From Chrysomallon squamiferum (Eukaryota > Animalia > Mollusca), in contig CM022676.1 of the NCBI GenBank assembly GCA_012295275.1, positions 1,922,001 through 1,986,000 of the forward strand: DNA of 64,000 nt. Direction: 5' to 3'. This document shows positions 43,835 to 57,827 of this stretch, piece by piece; position 1 is the stretch's first letter, and every line of letters starts with the position of its first letter. Under the pieces are notes generated by a model, which saw only the letters and a list, made by a program, of their open reading frames with translations, searched no databases and was not told where the DNA came from. A program made the translations under genes and the position numbers.

Positions 43835-43932
43835 GTTGTCTGAAGAAAGACGGGACGTGTGCCAAAGAGGAAGAGCGGATGGAAGATGATTCTCAGTGTC
43901 TTTGTATTCAGAACAACTGGGCGTGTGCCTAG
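43835..43932 (+). CDS. Cys-rich protein copy B terminal exon 14 (CCLKKDGTCAKEE...CLCIQNNWACA*)
   Basis: tttgcag| acceptor, TAG at 43930-43932, AATAAA at about 43987. The joined CDS is 2217 nt (738 aa). Confidence 0.82.
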
Positions 43933-44118
43933 AGAAAAAACATTACCTCAGCACATTCTCAGATTACTTCAACATCTGTCAAGTTAAATAAATAATAATG
44001 AAACTGGTTGACATTTGTTATTTGTTGTTTGAATCAGTTTTCTATCATCTACCCTAAATATGGTTAGGAATAGAGAGAGAGAATGTATGAATTGTGTCCA
44101 CGTACACACACACAATTA

Positions 44119-46745
44119 CCGTATATACTTGTGTACAAGACGACCTTATGTATAAGTCGATGTGTATTTTAAGACCAAAAATCGCGTCATTTTAGGTATT
44201 ACTTGTGTATAAGTCGACTGTAGATTCCAGGCACCGTCACTATTTTTAGACCAGTGTGACAGTGCCATGAAGGCCTACATTGTACGCCTATTGTAACATA
44301 ACTTGCACGAGCTGTAACTTGCACGAACATACCATAATAACGTAAATGCATGTATTACACGAGCTATAGCCTAAATGTATCATAAATAGTATCTCTTTAA
44401 TGTAATAGGTCTAACATGGAGACCTAACTTACCGTTATATTTAGCCGTTCTATGATTTACAAAATTTTATGGCCATAGCCCTAAAATATTGTATATGATG
44501 CCAGGCAAACGAAATAAATATACTGCACAATTTAAGCTTGCAGTAATTAGATTTGCTGAAAATTCTAACAATTCTACTGCTGGACGGGAGTATGGAGTCA
44601 GTGAAAAACTTGTTAGGGACTGGAGAAAAATGAGTACTAAATTACTTGAAATGCCAAAAGTGAAGTGTGCTGACAGAGGCAAAAAGTCAAAACATCCGGA
44701 AATAGAAAAGACACTTTTTGAGTCGGTTCAAGCAAGTAGACAAGACGGTTGTATAGTTACAAAGGGTGCTATCCGCTTACAAGCACTTAAGTTAGCTAAG
44801 AAGGCAGGAATTACGGATTTTAAAGCCAGTCCTGGTTGGTGCACGCTGTTCATGAAAAGGCATCATTTAGTCTTAAGACAAAAAACCAAAATCGCCCAGC
44901 GCTTACCCAGAGAGCTTGATGATAAAATAACAAGTTTTCACAGATTTGTTATCCGTCATAGAGAGAAAAACAAGTATGCTTTGGCATGTATTGGCAACAT
45001 GGATGAAACGCCAATGACGTTTGACATGCCATCGAATAGAACTGTTAACAAGATCGGAGAAAAAACCGTGCTAGTGAAAACGATAGGCCACGAAAAGTCA
45101 AAATTCACCGTTATTTTAGTCTGTGTGGCAGACGGAACAAAGTTAAAACCTATGGTAGTTTTCAAGCGCAAAACTATGCCAAAAGAAAAATGTCCAAAGG
45201 GCATATTAATACACGTACATCCAAAAGGGTGGTTGGATGAGGCCGGATGCAAGCTCTGGGTTAACCAAGTGTGGAGCAATCGTTCAGGTGGATTACGAAA
45301 AGAAAAGTCTTTGTTAGCATGGGACATGTTCAAAGCACACCTGGTAGATTCTGTAAAAGAAGCTGTAAGACGAGAAAATACAGATTTGGCAGTGATCCCT
45401 GGGGGCCTGACAAGCATTTCACAACCTTTGGATGTCTCAATAAATAAGCCGTTTAAAGACACTGTTCGGCATTTTTGGAATCAGTGGATGCTAAATGGGG
45501 ACAAGACATTCACAAAAGGGGTCAATATGAGAGCACCATCACTAGTTACAGTGTGTGAGTGGGTACGTGACGCCTGGCAGCAGTTGGACCCGGCTATAAT
45601 TGTTAAGGCCTTTCTGAAGTGTGGAATTTCAAATGCACTAGATGGGACGGAGGATGACTATTTATGGCGCGAACCCAATGCCCTTGCTGATTCCGTTCAA
45701 GAAAATAGTCCCACAGGAGAGGATTCTGGGAATGATGACCCACTTGACAGTGACGATGATCTTTATGATGATGCAATTAACACTGCCGGTATTGAAGAGT
45801 GGAATGAACTTTTTGGGGCAAGCGATAGTGATGGCGAAAATGACTTTTTGTTACACTAGATTATAGTATTACCCGGTAATTGTTGGATGTTTTGGAATTA
45901 AAATGTTTGTATTGTTGCAATGTTTCATAATTACCGGGATATATAGATCAAGGTCTATTTAAAGGTACGTGTGGATTTCCAGGCATTAGACGTAATTCAG
46001 TATTTAATTAAATTTTGTAGATAAATTCCAAAAGATGTGTTGTTTTATTATTTATTACCGGTATTTTACATGAACGTGCAATTCAAAGTAAGTTAATTTC
46101 GGAACCTCAGCAATATTTTTTTCTATCGAAACTCTGCTACAAGACACGCCCCCGATCCTATTCCTAGCGCGATAATTGGCCGAGGCTTCGCGCACTTGGC
46201 AACCGACTAGAATAACAAATATGGCGAGAAGTTGAACTGATTTTTGTTGCAGAACGTTTATAGAAATTTAGTTTGTTTTTGATTTGTCGGTAGTGGATAT
46301 TAATGACGATTGCAATATTATTTCACCAAATTCTTTACAATTACACAAGTGAGTTTTGTTTATGAAATTAGGACCGATATTTAGTGCAATTTGGCAGAGA
46401 AGTCTGCATTCCTAGATCATTGCAAGACGTCGTAAGGCATAACGCCGTACTGACGGTTTTCTCGCTTTAAAATGTATTTTTATGTCATTAAATGGAAGAA
46501 TATCATGTTTTACATTCATATTTGGTTTTGTTATTTAATTTTTCAAAATTTTTTATACGATAAAATTATATTTCTGAAAAGCTGAAAGACCGCGATTATT
46601 TTAGATGCATCCCGTAGCAAAAAATAGTTAAAATGGCGACTCTTCAGCAACAGCTACAAAATCATTACCTATGTATAAGTCGACCCCCAAAATATTATCT
46701 TAATATAGTCTCCCCAAAATTCGACTTATACACAAGTATATACGG
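44119..46745 (+). mobile_element. Full-length pogo-superfamily DNA transposon, 2627 bp, TA target duplication
   Basis: Left end TA|CCGTATATACTTGTGTACAAGACGA and right end TCGACTTATACACAAGTATATACGG|TA form 25-bp TIRs with 2 mismatches. Subterminal TGTATAAGTCGA repeats are present, and the paralogous empty site is at about 8721. Confidence 0.93.
44495..45859 (+). CDS. pogo transposase (Brinker-like DBD, CENP-B-type HTH, DDE_1; DD35D)
   Basis: Uninterrupted 454-aa ORF from ATG 44495: KYTAQFKLAVI, FKASPGWCTLFMKRH, GNMDETP, AWDMF, QPLDV with 35 residues between the 2nd and 3rd Asp, and an acidic tail. Confidence 0.92.
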   Translation: MMPGKRNKYTAQFKLAVIRFAENSNNSTAGREYGVSEKLVRDWRKMSTKLLEMPKVKCADRGKKSKHPEIEKTLFESVQASRQDGCIVTKGAIRLQALKLAKKAGITDFKASPGWCTLFMKRHHLVLRQKTKIAQRLPRELDDKITSFHRFVIRHREKNKYALACIGNMDETPMTFDMPSNRTVNKIGEKTVLVKTIGHEKSKFTVILVCVADGTKLKPMVVFKRKTMPKEKCPKGILIHVHPKGWLDEAGCKLWVNQVWSNRSGGLRKEKSLLAWDMFKAHLVDSVKEAVRRENTDLAVIPGGLTSISQPLDVSINKPFKDTVRHFWNQWMLNGDKTFTKGVNMRAPSLVTVCEWVRDAWQQLDPAIIVKAFLKCGISNALDGTEDDYLWREPNALADSVQENSPTGEDSGNDDPLDSDDDLYDDAINTAGIEEWNELFGASDSDGENDFLLH

Positions 46746-47181
46746 TATATTGATCTTAGAGAGAGAGAAGAAGGAGATGGAGGAGAAGGAGATAAAAAGA
46801 CAGATGGAGAACGAGATTAAGAAAGGGATACGCAAGGATGTTTACTTCACCGGAAATCGCCAAAGACGGAAGACACAACCAGATTTCAAAACAGACAAAC
46901 AGTCGCATAGACATAAATGAATTCATCCTCTCCTACACCGAGACAAACAAACAGATGCACGGTCTCACACACTCACTTAGAAACACGCAGAAGCACGGTC
47001 TAAGACATCAGTGAACGCACACACGATTTTTTCTGAATACTTCTGTTAATTTGTGTTTAGCAGGTTATTATTAAGTCACCGCTAATAGTTAACATTTAGT
47101 TGTAACCTTTATAAAATAATGAATGAAATATTCACAACCTAAAAACAATTACAAGAGTATTTTTCTTTCTTTCCTTATCTT

Positions 47182-47218
<37 letters not shown>

Positions 47219-47409
47219 GATATCTGATCTCAGTGTTCAGCACTTGAGACGTTAACAGAAAGTAGTCGGTTTATAGAAATTATCTTGGTTTGATCATATT
47301 TTTTTTATATAAAAAAAAAAAAAAATTGTTTCGGTTTTGGAATATGTCCGTGTACAGGTCATATGTACACGGACATATTTAAAAATTATATTTAGTATGA
47401 CGTTCTTGC

Positions 47410-47473
<64 letters not shown>

Positions 47474-47489
47474 TCTTTGTAGTGAAGAC

Positions 47490-47762
47490 ATGGCCACCTC
47501 AACTGCAGTCTCAGGTTAGCAGACAGGGAAGAATCTGATAGAATGCCTTGAACACGTTTTTCTTACAAGACCTCACACGGACGTCAGATTTTTAGTTGGG
47601 GAACATCAAACAGCTTTTGATGCGCACAGGTTTTTCTGATCATTCGAAGCGAAGTTTTCAATCAGATGTTGACTGGAGAACTTCGCGAACAATCAGATAT
47701 TATAATACCGGATGTGAAGGCAGACATTTTCTCCGAATTTTTAAAGTATGTTAAAAGACACA

Positions 47763-47801
<39 letters not shown>

Positions 47802-49038
47802 GCACACACACACACACATACATGGAAACACAGGTACGAACACAGTGAGGAAGAGAGACATACAGACAGACAAAAACGTTGGTAACAATACAGTTTTTGT
47901 TAGTAATATAATTATTTTCAAATTAATTAATCTCAAATAGTTATCTCTCATTTTAAAGTCTTACTCTACGTCTTTTACACAGATATCTTTATACGGATGA
48001 CGTCGTCCTAACAGGCGACAACGTCACCGGTCTGCTGTATTTATCGAGGAAGTACATCATCACAACACTTGAAGACCGATATGCAAAATATTTGGAGTTG
48101 TCGTTGTCGTCACAGAATGCGTGCGTCGTGCTGGAACAAGCTCACCTTGATGAACATGATCTAAGGAATAACATTCTGGACTATATTTTGAAAAATGGCG
48201 ACGAAGTTCTGAAGTCGGATGACGTCACCGATCTTTGTCACGAATGTCTGGTTGAGATCGTACAATCAGACGAACTGACAGCAGACGAGAAAAATGTTTT
48301 TGAAGCCGCTGTGAAGTGGGCTGACAGCGCGTGCAGGAAGCAAGGGAAGAAGACGAGTGAAAATAACATGCGCGAAGCACTGGGAGAGGTCGTGAAGCTC
48401 GTGCGTTATTCATTACTCGATCAGACGTATTTTGTAAAACACGTGACACCCACTCACATACTCACTGCGATAGAAGAACTCAAAATTACAAAACATTTCC
48501 TCTGTCCCAGATGAAGATGTTTTACCTTTCAACTCAAACATGAGAACTGCAGTGATTCGTAAAACACAGATTACGTACAGTGGTTTTGGTTTATTATTAT
48601 CTTGTCGTGTCTACTGGTCATGCTCTGGTGAAGAAGATGACGCAATTACTTTTCTGCCAACAAAGACGCTTTACTTCGAGGATTTCAATTATACGGTCTA
48701 ATGAACCACACAACTACGACGTCAGCGCCTTCGTCAATGACACAAGAACAGATGAAATACTGGACGGATTAACACTGACACTGAGATATAAGAACACGTG
48801 GTGTCTGACGTGTATGACGTCGTTTTAAGACGTGCAGTGAAGACTACTAAAGACACTGAGTACAGCTTGTTTGTTAATATTAAAGGAGAAGTCTCATTGT
48901 GTGGAGATGCAGGTAAATCAGAAATTGTTGTAGACTCTTTTGTTTGTAGATTTTCCAAGTCACACAAATCTAAACACAGTGACAGACAACTTCGTACAGG
49001 CGTGACAGACGGACAAATATCTGCTTTGTTATTTTTAG
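47490..49038 (+). pseudogene. BTB/POZ-BACK-PHR (BTBD1/2/3/6-like) pseudogene, two exons (47490-47745, 47983-~49038)
   Basis: TDVRFLVG...AHRF..IRSEVFNQM...IPDV....F..FLK|YLYTD, BACK ELTADEKNVFEAAVKWA, terminal GVTDGQISALLF. It has a premature TAG at 47517, a frameshift near 47632, and further stops and frameshifts after 48514. Confidence 0.85.
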
Positions 49039-50192
49039 TGCTAAAAAACAACATCGTTCAAATACTGTCACTTTTAGTCATAACTGGGCTCATAGTTTTA
49101 TTTATTTATTTATCTATTATTTTTTTATTTATTTATTTATTTATATTTATTTCCATTTTGTATTTCTGAAGACATCAGACTGCAGTGATGACGCCATACA
49201 CACTTTATTTGAAACTTTCTAATGGACTGGCTTCTGTGAAACAGACACGTGTATAAACAGCTTATTGCCTTATTTATTTATTTATTTAATATAGATTGTT
49301 TATTTCATTATTTAATATATTTTTTAAACTGTCATATAATAAAAGAAATATGTTAATACCTAAACGTGTTAATTCTATATTCGAAAATTATCTTATTTCT
49401 TTGTTCACGGATGTGTCTTATTGATAAAGATGTGTAAATATTTAGTATTTATTAGACACCAAGTGGTATTTTATTTTAATTAGATATCAATGTAAATTTT
49501 ATATCGTTCAGTATTCACTAAACAGGAGTCCAACATTTTTTTAAATTTTTTTTGTAATTAATTTTGTTTTTCGTCTTTGGCTGTGTATGTTTTTCTCTAA
49601 ATTAATTCCTATCAAATACAAAGTATCTAAAAATGCCTAAATAAGATTAGTCTACAAAGAAAATATAAATTATATGTTTAGATTTTGTCACAAATCAAAT
49701 AAGATACTGTTACTTTTTTTCGTTTTAAAACTAATATGAAGATAAATTATGTGTTTACTGTTTGTTAGACATGAACTTAAGAACTGCTATTTGATTCATG
49801 TGTCTGAGTTCTTTTATTTACCTTTATGTAAAATAAATATGCAAGTAAATTATATTATGTACAATATTCATTAGACATACGTTCAGCAGCTGTCAGTTTG
49901 TTTTATACATAAAATTATAATTTGTACTTAATTTGTTAATTTGTTAAAAATGTAAACACAAAACACAGAGCTACAGAAATAAATGTTTTAATTATATTTG
50001 TTTGGTTCATGTCATCTTTTTCTATTCTGTGTAGAAAGAATAAATGGTGTTGTGAGAAAAATTCAACAGAAAACCTTTAACATAAAACAAAAAAAACACA
50101 CCAAAAAACAAACAAAAAAAACACTGGTTGGATCGGGAAATAAGCAAACTCAGACATTAAATAGATTTTACAACGCTGTACATCATGCCTCT

Positions 50193-50239
<47 letters not shown>

Positions 50240-50283
50240 GCAGTTCTCTTTTTATTATTATTATTATTATTATCTTTGATTTT

Positions 50284-50330
<47 letters not shown>

Positions 50331-50704
50331 TCTATTTCTGTTTTCCGTATATTTTGTTCCATATATTACAAAGTTAGGTATGTTGTGCTGAACTAATGTT
50401 CTTATTACATACTGACAGGTCGATGGTTCAATCCTGTGAGTGTAATAATGTTACTACACAAAGAAGTGAAGCAAGTGAACTAATGTTCTTATTACACACT
50501 GACAGGTTGGTGGTTCAATTCCTGTCAGTGTCACTAAAGTGTGTAGTGTTTTGCTAGAAGGACACAAGTCATTCTATGTACGCTTTACCTCTGTGATAGA
50601 CATTCCAGTCAGATGTAATATATGTCTGTGTCGGGCAGGTTAATAGCGTAGTTGACTTGACTCTCGAGGTCTCCGATTATGATCCATATATATATATATA
50701 TATA

Positions 50705-52162
50705 TACTCTAACAAAAAACAAACGCAAAAGTAGATTTTATTGACATTGGAAATATCTATCTAATGGACCAATAGAAAATAACAGAATGTTCACATTTTA
50801 CACACACTTTCGCAATTCATTAATATTGACGGTATTACATTAAAAAGGATAAAGTTCAAGGTTATAACAGTATAATATCAATACCTTGTGTGCCCACCAT
50901 GGGAGTCCAGAACTGCCTGACATATCCTTCCCATGGCAGTAATGACATTATGAATTACACCTTGTGGAATGGTGGCCCACTCTGTCTGTAGTAATAATGC
51001 CAACTGAGCACAATTCTGTGGCTGTGGTTGATGCTGCCTCAGTCGTCTATCCAAATCGTCCCATAAATGCTGTATAGGGTTCAAATCCGGAGATTTAGAG
51101 AACCAGGGCAGGACATGAATGTTATTGTTGTGTACGCTGTTGTGAGCCTGGCTGTATGTGGACTCGCATTGACGTGCTGGAATACAATGTTACCATTGTT
51201 CATAATTGGAGCAACATTTGGCTGCAAAATTTCATCTCGGTATTTTGTGCCGTTAAGTTGCCTTGGATGTGAACCAGGTTGGACCTGCCAGTGTATGAGA
51301 TTGCTGCCCACACCACCACACTACCACGGCCAAATCTGTCCAGCTTCCAGTATGCAGTTTGCAGCAAAACGTTCACCACGACGTCTGTAAACTCGACATC
51401 TTCCATCAGCTCAACGAAGCAGAAATCGAGCCTCGTCACTAAACCAGACAGTTCTCCATCATACCTGAGGCCAGACTCTGTGCAGCTGACACCACTGACG
51501 TCGTAGTCGACGATGCTGTTTAGTGAAAACAACTCTTCTTACAGGCCGTCTGGCTCGAATACCTGCCTCACGTAAACGATTGCGCACTGTCTGAGCCGAT
51601 ATTCTACGCAGACCTGGTATTGCTGAAGCAGTAGAGGTTGCCGTGGTGGTTTCTTCCCGTAGATGAATTACCCGTATGTAGTGGTCCTAGGCCCGTTGTG
51701 GTACATGTGGTCCACCTGATCTGGGACGGTCATATGTTGTTTGGTGTTGCTGGAACCCATACCACATTCTGAAGATGGTGCTTGGGGATACATGGAACAC
51801 CCGGACAACGGCCGAGAAGGATTCGCCAGCTTGTAAATGGCCGATGGCGTTGTTTCGTTGCGGTTCACTCAGTCGTGGCATTTGTTTGATGTTGGGTCAG
51901 AACAAAAATAACGAACAGAAGTATTCGAAAACCTTGCATTTTTATAACCCTCGTATTCAAGTTTCATGTGCCGCACGTGCACATGCACTGGTAACGTGGT
52001 TTGCATGAGGGGACGTTTTGGCTAATAAACACGAATATAGCTTTTATTTTGTGTTACCTGCTTTTTAGCGACTGTAACAAAATCTATACGTTTGAATCAC
52101 CAAATATCATTATAGCAGTATAGTGCTAAAATATTTTTTCTCAACAATCACATATACACGGT
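50705..52162 (-). mobile_element. Decayed Tc1/mariner-family DNA transposon
   Basis: Frameshifted transposase 51881 to 50878: MPRLSEPQRNNAIG, DRPRSGGP, SAQTVRNRLREAG, GSVVVWAAIS, NASPHTA, PDLNPIQHLWD, GGHTRY*. Flanked by (TA)n. Only one end looks TIR-like. Confidence 0.88.
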
Positions 52163-53708
52163 TATATATATATATATATATATATATATGTAAGTAGTTA
52201 CACAGGTCCAGTCTGAACACTTACTGAATGTTCAGTAGACAGCGACCGTTCCACTGGAATCGTTCCACAGTTCCCCTAAACAAATAGAAATAAAAATAAA
52301 TAAAATTGAAAAGAAAAGGGACTCGCTTTATCTGTCAAAGCGCTTCGAACCTTGCCGCCAGACCTCTGTCGCCAGATCATTCTGCCAAACAAAAGCTCGT
52401 AAAACCAATTGCTCCGGAGGTGATAATTAGTCCAGCTTCAAAGGGGAAGTCACGACTTTTTACAGATTAGGCAGACCGAATCACCAACCATATAACAAGT
52501 TACATTTTACAGACAGAAGATGTAAACATTCTTACGCCACAAGCTGCTACTCTAATATTTGTGTATATTCATGCATAGGTAAAAATTGGAGTATACTTAC
52601 TGTCACGGTATCTAGTGTGAGTGTATCAATACCTAAAATTTGGCTCTTCCCGTCTAAAGGGTAGCAGACAGCCTTTCTGAATTTACTTTGCAACTTTAAT
52701 GCCCATTTTGAGTTTGTTAATCCCAGTGTTTCTTAGTTTATAAAATAACTGCCTAATTATATAATACAGCTTCTGAATAGCTGATATACGTCTGCGTACG
52801 CTCTGCTATTTAGTGTTTGTGTATCTACCCCTAGTTTCTGAAATTAACTAGGTAAACATTTAAGAACTGTAAAAATATAAATTATTAATATGATTATACA
52901 AGATTGCTACATAAATATTACCGTAAAATAATAATATACTTAGGATAAAATAGAGCAGACACTCTGCTTTAAATGAGCATATAAAAATAAGGATTTTGTG
53001 AAAATTATATAATTCACTACCTAGAAAACAAAATTACAATTAAAAACAAGTCTGGCAAAGAGGCACTAATGAGGTTCCGTCACACATACATAGACACACA
53101 ACTGCATTTTATCCATGCATTGATGTATGATATATATATATATATTGTTTTGTTTTTGTTTTTAATTTGGTTAATTTTAATTGTAGAGGAGTTAATCGTA
53201 CAGAACTCAGATTCGAAATTTTTTTGATATATTGTAGATTTTATACTAAGAAATAGTTTGTATGTGTGTGTCTTTAATTGTGTTTGTAGGTTGAAGTAAA
53301 AACACGCTCTATATAGCGCTGTAACAAGATAACCTAAAGAAGAGTTTTTTATTCTTTGAAATACTAAAACTTTGAAACTGAATGAAAAGATTGTTTGAAA
53401 CACTCGTAAAACTGACTGAACAAACTATTCATAGCCTCTTTGTGTCCTCATTGTACTGCCCTGTTTTACCTACCCTATCCTAAACATAATTTGTCTGCTC
53501 TAACCTAATTTCTACACTCTTTCTGCGCACTTTATACTACACGGATTATCTGAAAAGGCCTGTGTCAGTAATACAAGTTATCGCTTTACTTGTTTTCATA
53601 GCCTGTCAGTTAGCTTTTCCATATCGTGAACCTTTTAAACAATTCAGTACAAAAACTCACTCATTCAGATGTGATTATTTCAAATATCAAATAGTTTTAA
53701 TAATAATA

Positions 53709-53789
<81 letters not shown>

Positions 53790-54295
53790 TGTAAATGGCA
53801 GATTTACTGTCATTTTATCTGAGGTGTCCTCAACAACAATTTCTACATGAAGAAACTGTAAATAAAAATGTTTGTGTTCTTATTTAACACCTGAGTGTTC
53901 ATCTGTTCCAACGCCTGACATGGGATACAAACATTCTTGTTGTTACTGATAAGTGTGTAACGTGTAGTAAGTGCGTAACGTGTAGTATGTCTGTAAGCTA
54001 ATCATTCATAATTAATTACTTTCTAAACAGGAAAGACAGGACTGAGGTAATGCAGGAAATGCATTCATAGATATAAATATAAATATACATATAAATATAA
54101 ATATACATATAAATATAAAACAAAATGCTCATATATAAAAAATGTACAGTGAATCAAAACTTTACAGATTATGTATATATATATATATATCAGTTGTTTT
54201 TTCCTTGTCATATTGCTCCTGTAACTCAGAGTTTTGAATTAGTATTGAAAGTGAAATAAAGAAAATAATATATTAAATAAGTCCTGCGATTTAAA

Positions 54296-54422
<127 letters not shown>

Positions 54423-56173
54423 CTCTGATTACGCTAACTCATATACATTTTTCCAGTTATCTTTATGTATTTACTGTTTTAAATCTCTCACATAAATACT
54501 TTGTCAAACTCAAATTAATAATAATAAAAAAAATCATAATATATATTCTCTGTAATCTTTTGAATATAACACAAATAAAAAAGCAAAAAAAATTATGTAT
54601 ATAATTTTGTTATTGAAATTTACAATAACACCAGTGAATTTTTGTTGTGTACTTCTTTCTACATCTTTTCTAATTCATTATGCATAGAAAACCACCTGAA
54701 ATACGTGTTTGTCTACTTCTCTGTTTTTATATTAAACACACACACACATGCATCCATTAATGCACACAATGAATGCAAATGGGATGTGACTAAGCGAGAG
54801 AGACGCTTGTCACTCCAGGGTGTGCTAAGACCTGTTTTGCTTTACAAGTTTTGACAGCAATACATTTATCAAGCGCTGTTTATTCATTTTCATTCACTGC
54901 CACGAGAAGTTTTCTTTATATTAGTTTCCAGTAACATATCAGTATTTCGACGTCATTTTGCGATTAAAAATACTGTGTTTGATTTTAACATGTGTCTTAC
55001 GTGTGTCTTTGTGTCGGGTTGTTATCAGTGTTTGCTTCAGTAAATGTTTAAGACGTGAGAACGAGGGACACTATGAAGAAATAACGTCTTGTGTCTGGTG
55101 GGACGGAAATATCGAGATGTTTCTTGATAGTCTTGGTTTGCAATTTACTACACATTTCAGCAGGTGAGGAAACTACTTTCGCGATTACTACTACTACTAC
55201 TACTGCTAGTACAGTTACAGCCACTACTTCTATAAGTTATTCTATTGTCATCACTACTAAAGCAATAATACATTACTTGGAGTACAAAGAAAATTACAAG
55301 AAAAGTGTTTGTTAAATTCTGTTGTTGTTGTTTTGTGTTTATAGTTTAGTATTTATTTTATAATCATCATTTTTATCATCAGTTTTTATTATTATCATCA
55401 TAATCATCATCGGCATCATCATCACCATTCTTCTTCTTCTTCTTCTTATTATTATTATCATTATCATCATCATCATCATCATTGCTGTTGTTGTTTTTGT
55501 TGTTGTTGTTGTTTTCAGGAGTAGATGGTGGTAGTATTTTATTTTATCAATCTGTTTTTCAGTGTCTAACCTGAGTCTCACCAAGCAGCCTAATTTTCCT
55601 CAGTACGGCCAACACTTTACTCTGCAATGTACTTTCATTTTTCACTGATTAGTTTTGTACGTGGAAAAAAGACAATTTGTCAAAATCATCTGAATCTAAA
55701 CACAAATGTGTATGACTTGTGGTGATGTTGTTGAAGATTACCAGTGTGAATGTTTCATATATAATTAGCAGACAATCATTATCACCCTAAAAATAAAATC
55801 ACTTGGTTCTGTCGATGAGACTCAATGATCCTGTTACAGTAAACAGTATAAAACAACAAGTAATATTATCAGTCTATGTTGTAAGTAAATATTTGTTATC
55901 AAACTTTGGTACAATAATAACACTTTTTCATACTAGCAGAAACAACAAATTTTGATATCATTAAATTTAAAAATAGCAATAATAAACTAACAAAATTAAA
56001 AAATATCATAATAGTGTATGAAAAAAATTGTAGTTATTTTATTTATTATATTTATTTATATTCTTTCATTTATTTTTTTAACATCGATCAACTGAACATT
56101 GTTTTATTTATAATTCATAATGTAATAGTCTCTTAAATTTATATTTGCTGTGTCCGATATTTATTTATTTAAT

Positions 56174-56224
<51 letters not shown>

Positions 56225-56778
56225 TTTTTTTACAGCGCTGCATTAGAAATAAGAGGAGAATACAGCTGTACTGGCGTGTTGAGTGAAACAAACTGAAATC
56301 AATTCACTGACTGTCTGTTTTACAAGAGGTGAAAATTCATATGTATGTTCTGTATGTACCAAGTCTATAGGTTTTGTCTCTCTGTCCTATTGTCATATTT
56401 TGTACGTACAAATAATATGCAAACGTTTTGCAAGTTTTATACCTTATAAAAAAATTCTTACATTTTCTTTACAGGTGCCGAATTTATGAAGACACGCATT
56501 AATCAGTGATTTATCACAGTTTGATTTTTTTGTTGTTGCCGAAATGAGATTCAGGGATACTGCGAAAAACACAAATACCTACTCCCCAGAACAAAACCCC
56601 AACGTAAAAACAATAACTAACATAAGAAAAATGATGTGATGGTTGAGTAAGCCTGAACAAGAAGTAAAGAGAACTCAGATCGTATTTGATCGTAAAAGAA
56701 CAAAAATTGAAACCAAAGAAACGATTAATACAAAACAAAACAAAACAAATCGTTTTCCATTCGTAACGTGTTAGAGAG

Positions 56779-57276
56779 ATGGCGATGATGAGCAGAGATT
56801 TAGTTTTCTATTTTCTAGATTGTCTTATTTCTAATCTCTTTATTGCTCCCATCGTCGTCTTCTACTGGCGAGGAACTTGGGAACTTCTCGATTTTTACCT
56901 TCTTCCTGATTCTGTCGAGTACAGCGCCTGGATTTCTCTGACTTTGGGAATCTTTGTGATAGTAACTTTCAACCTCCTACAACGTAGTCTGTCTATATTT
57001 TCAGTGAGGCTCTCCACGACGTGTTTTTTCCTGTTTTCTCGACTCTACACGTACATTCTAGGACTCGCCATCGTCAATCACTGGAGAGGGGTGTGGCTGC
57101 TGCTAAACGCCTACACCGGGGTCAACTGTCTCAGTGCTGTTTTGTCCGTTCTAACTGGTTCAGGATTACTCTTTGCATTTCAATCATACAGGAATGTTCT
57201 AGGTCCTCCAGTCGTCCTTGCTATGGACATATTTCCTGCTGATCATTGTCGGATCTCGACGAGATTCAAACAGGAG
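56779..57276 (+). CDS. Fuseless-family membrane protein, copy B, coding exon 1
   Basis: Near-identical to 10979-11476 (4 aa differences by eye), with the same splice sites. Confidence 0.85.
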
Positions 57277-57385
57277 GTTGGATATTCTAAGTCTTATTAT
57301 TTTTCTTTTGTACACAGATCGCTAATTTTCGGTACTATCATTTCCAGAGCCTCACTGGAAAATTGCCTGACCAACAGAAGTTATA

Positions 57386-57452
<67 letters not shown>

Positions 57453-57827
57453 CATGATGATGATGATGATGATGATGATGACAATGATTCAGTCATACAT
57501 CTTTTGTTATTCAAATTCAGGATGATGTGCCTTTGCATTAACTTTAAGCATAATTGTACATTATACGTATATTGACACATATTTAAATACATACATACAT
57601 ATAATATTTAGATGCATCGACGTACATAAACAAATATAAACATACACATATCCTTATATGTATTTTTCAATCTTACATCATCATCGTCATCATGATTAAT
57701 TTGTTTCCCGTGTCATTATATTGTTTCTCGTTTCAGTAGCTCTTTATTTTTTATGTTTTGCTTACAGTGATCATCATCATCATCATCAGATATTTTTCAC
57801 TTGTTATAATATTGTTTCTTGTTTCAG

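Noticed and set aside
52190-52460. GC-richer island with GGTTCGAAG on the minus strand, a possible tRNA or SINE
   Set aside because: I could not fold a cloverleaf or find an A box.
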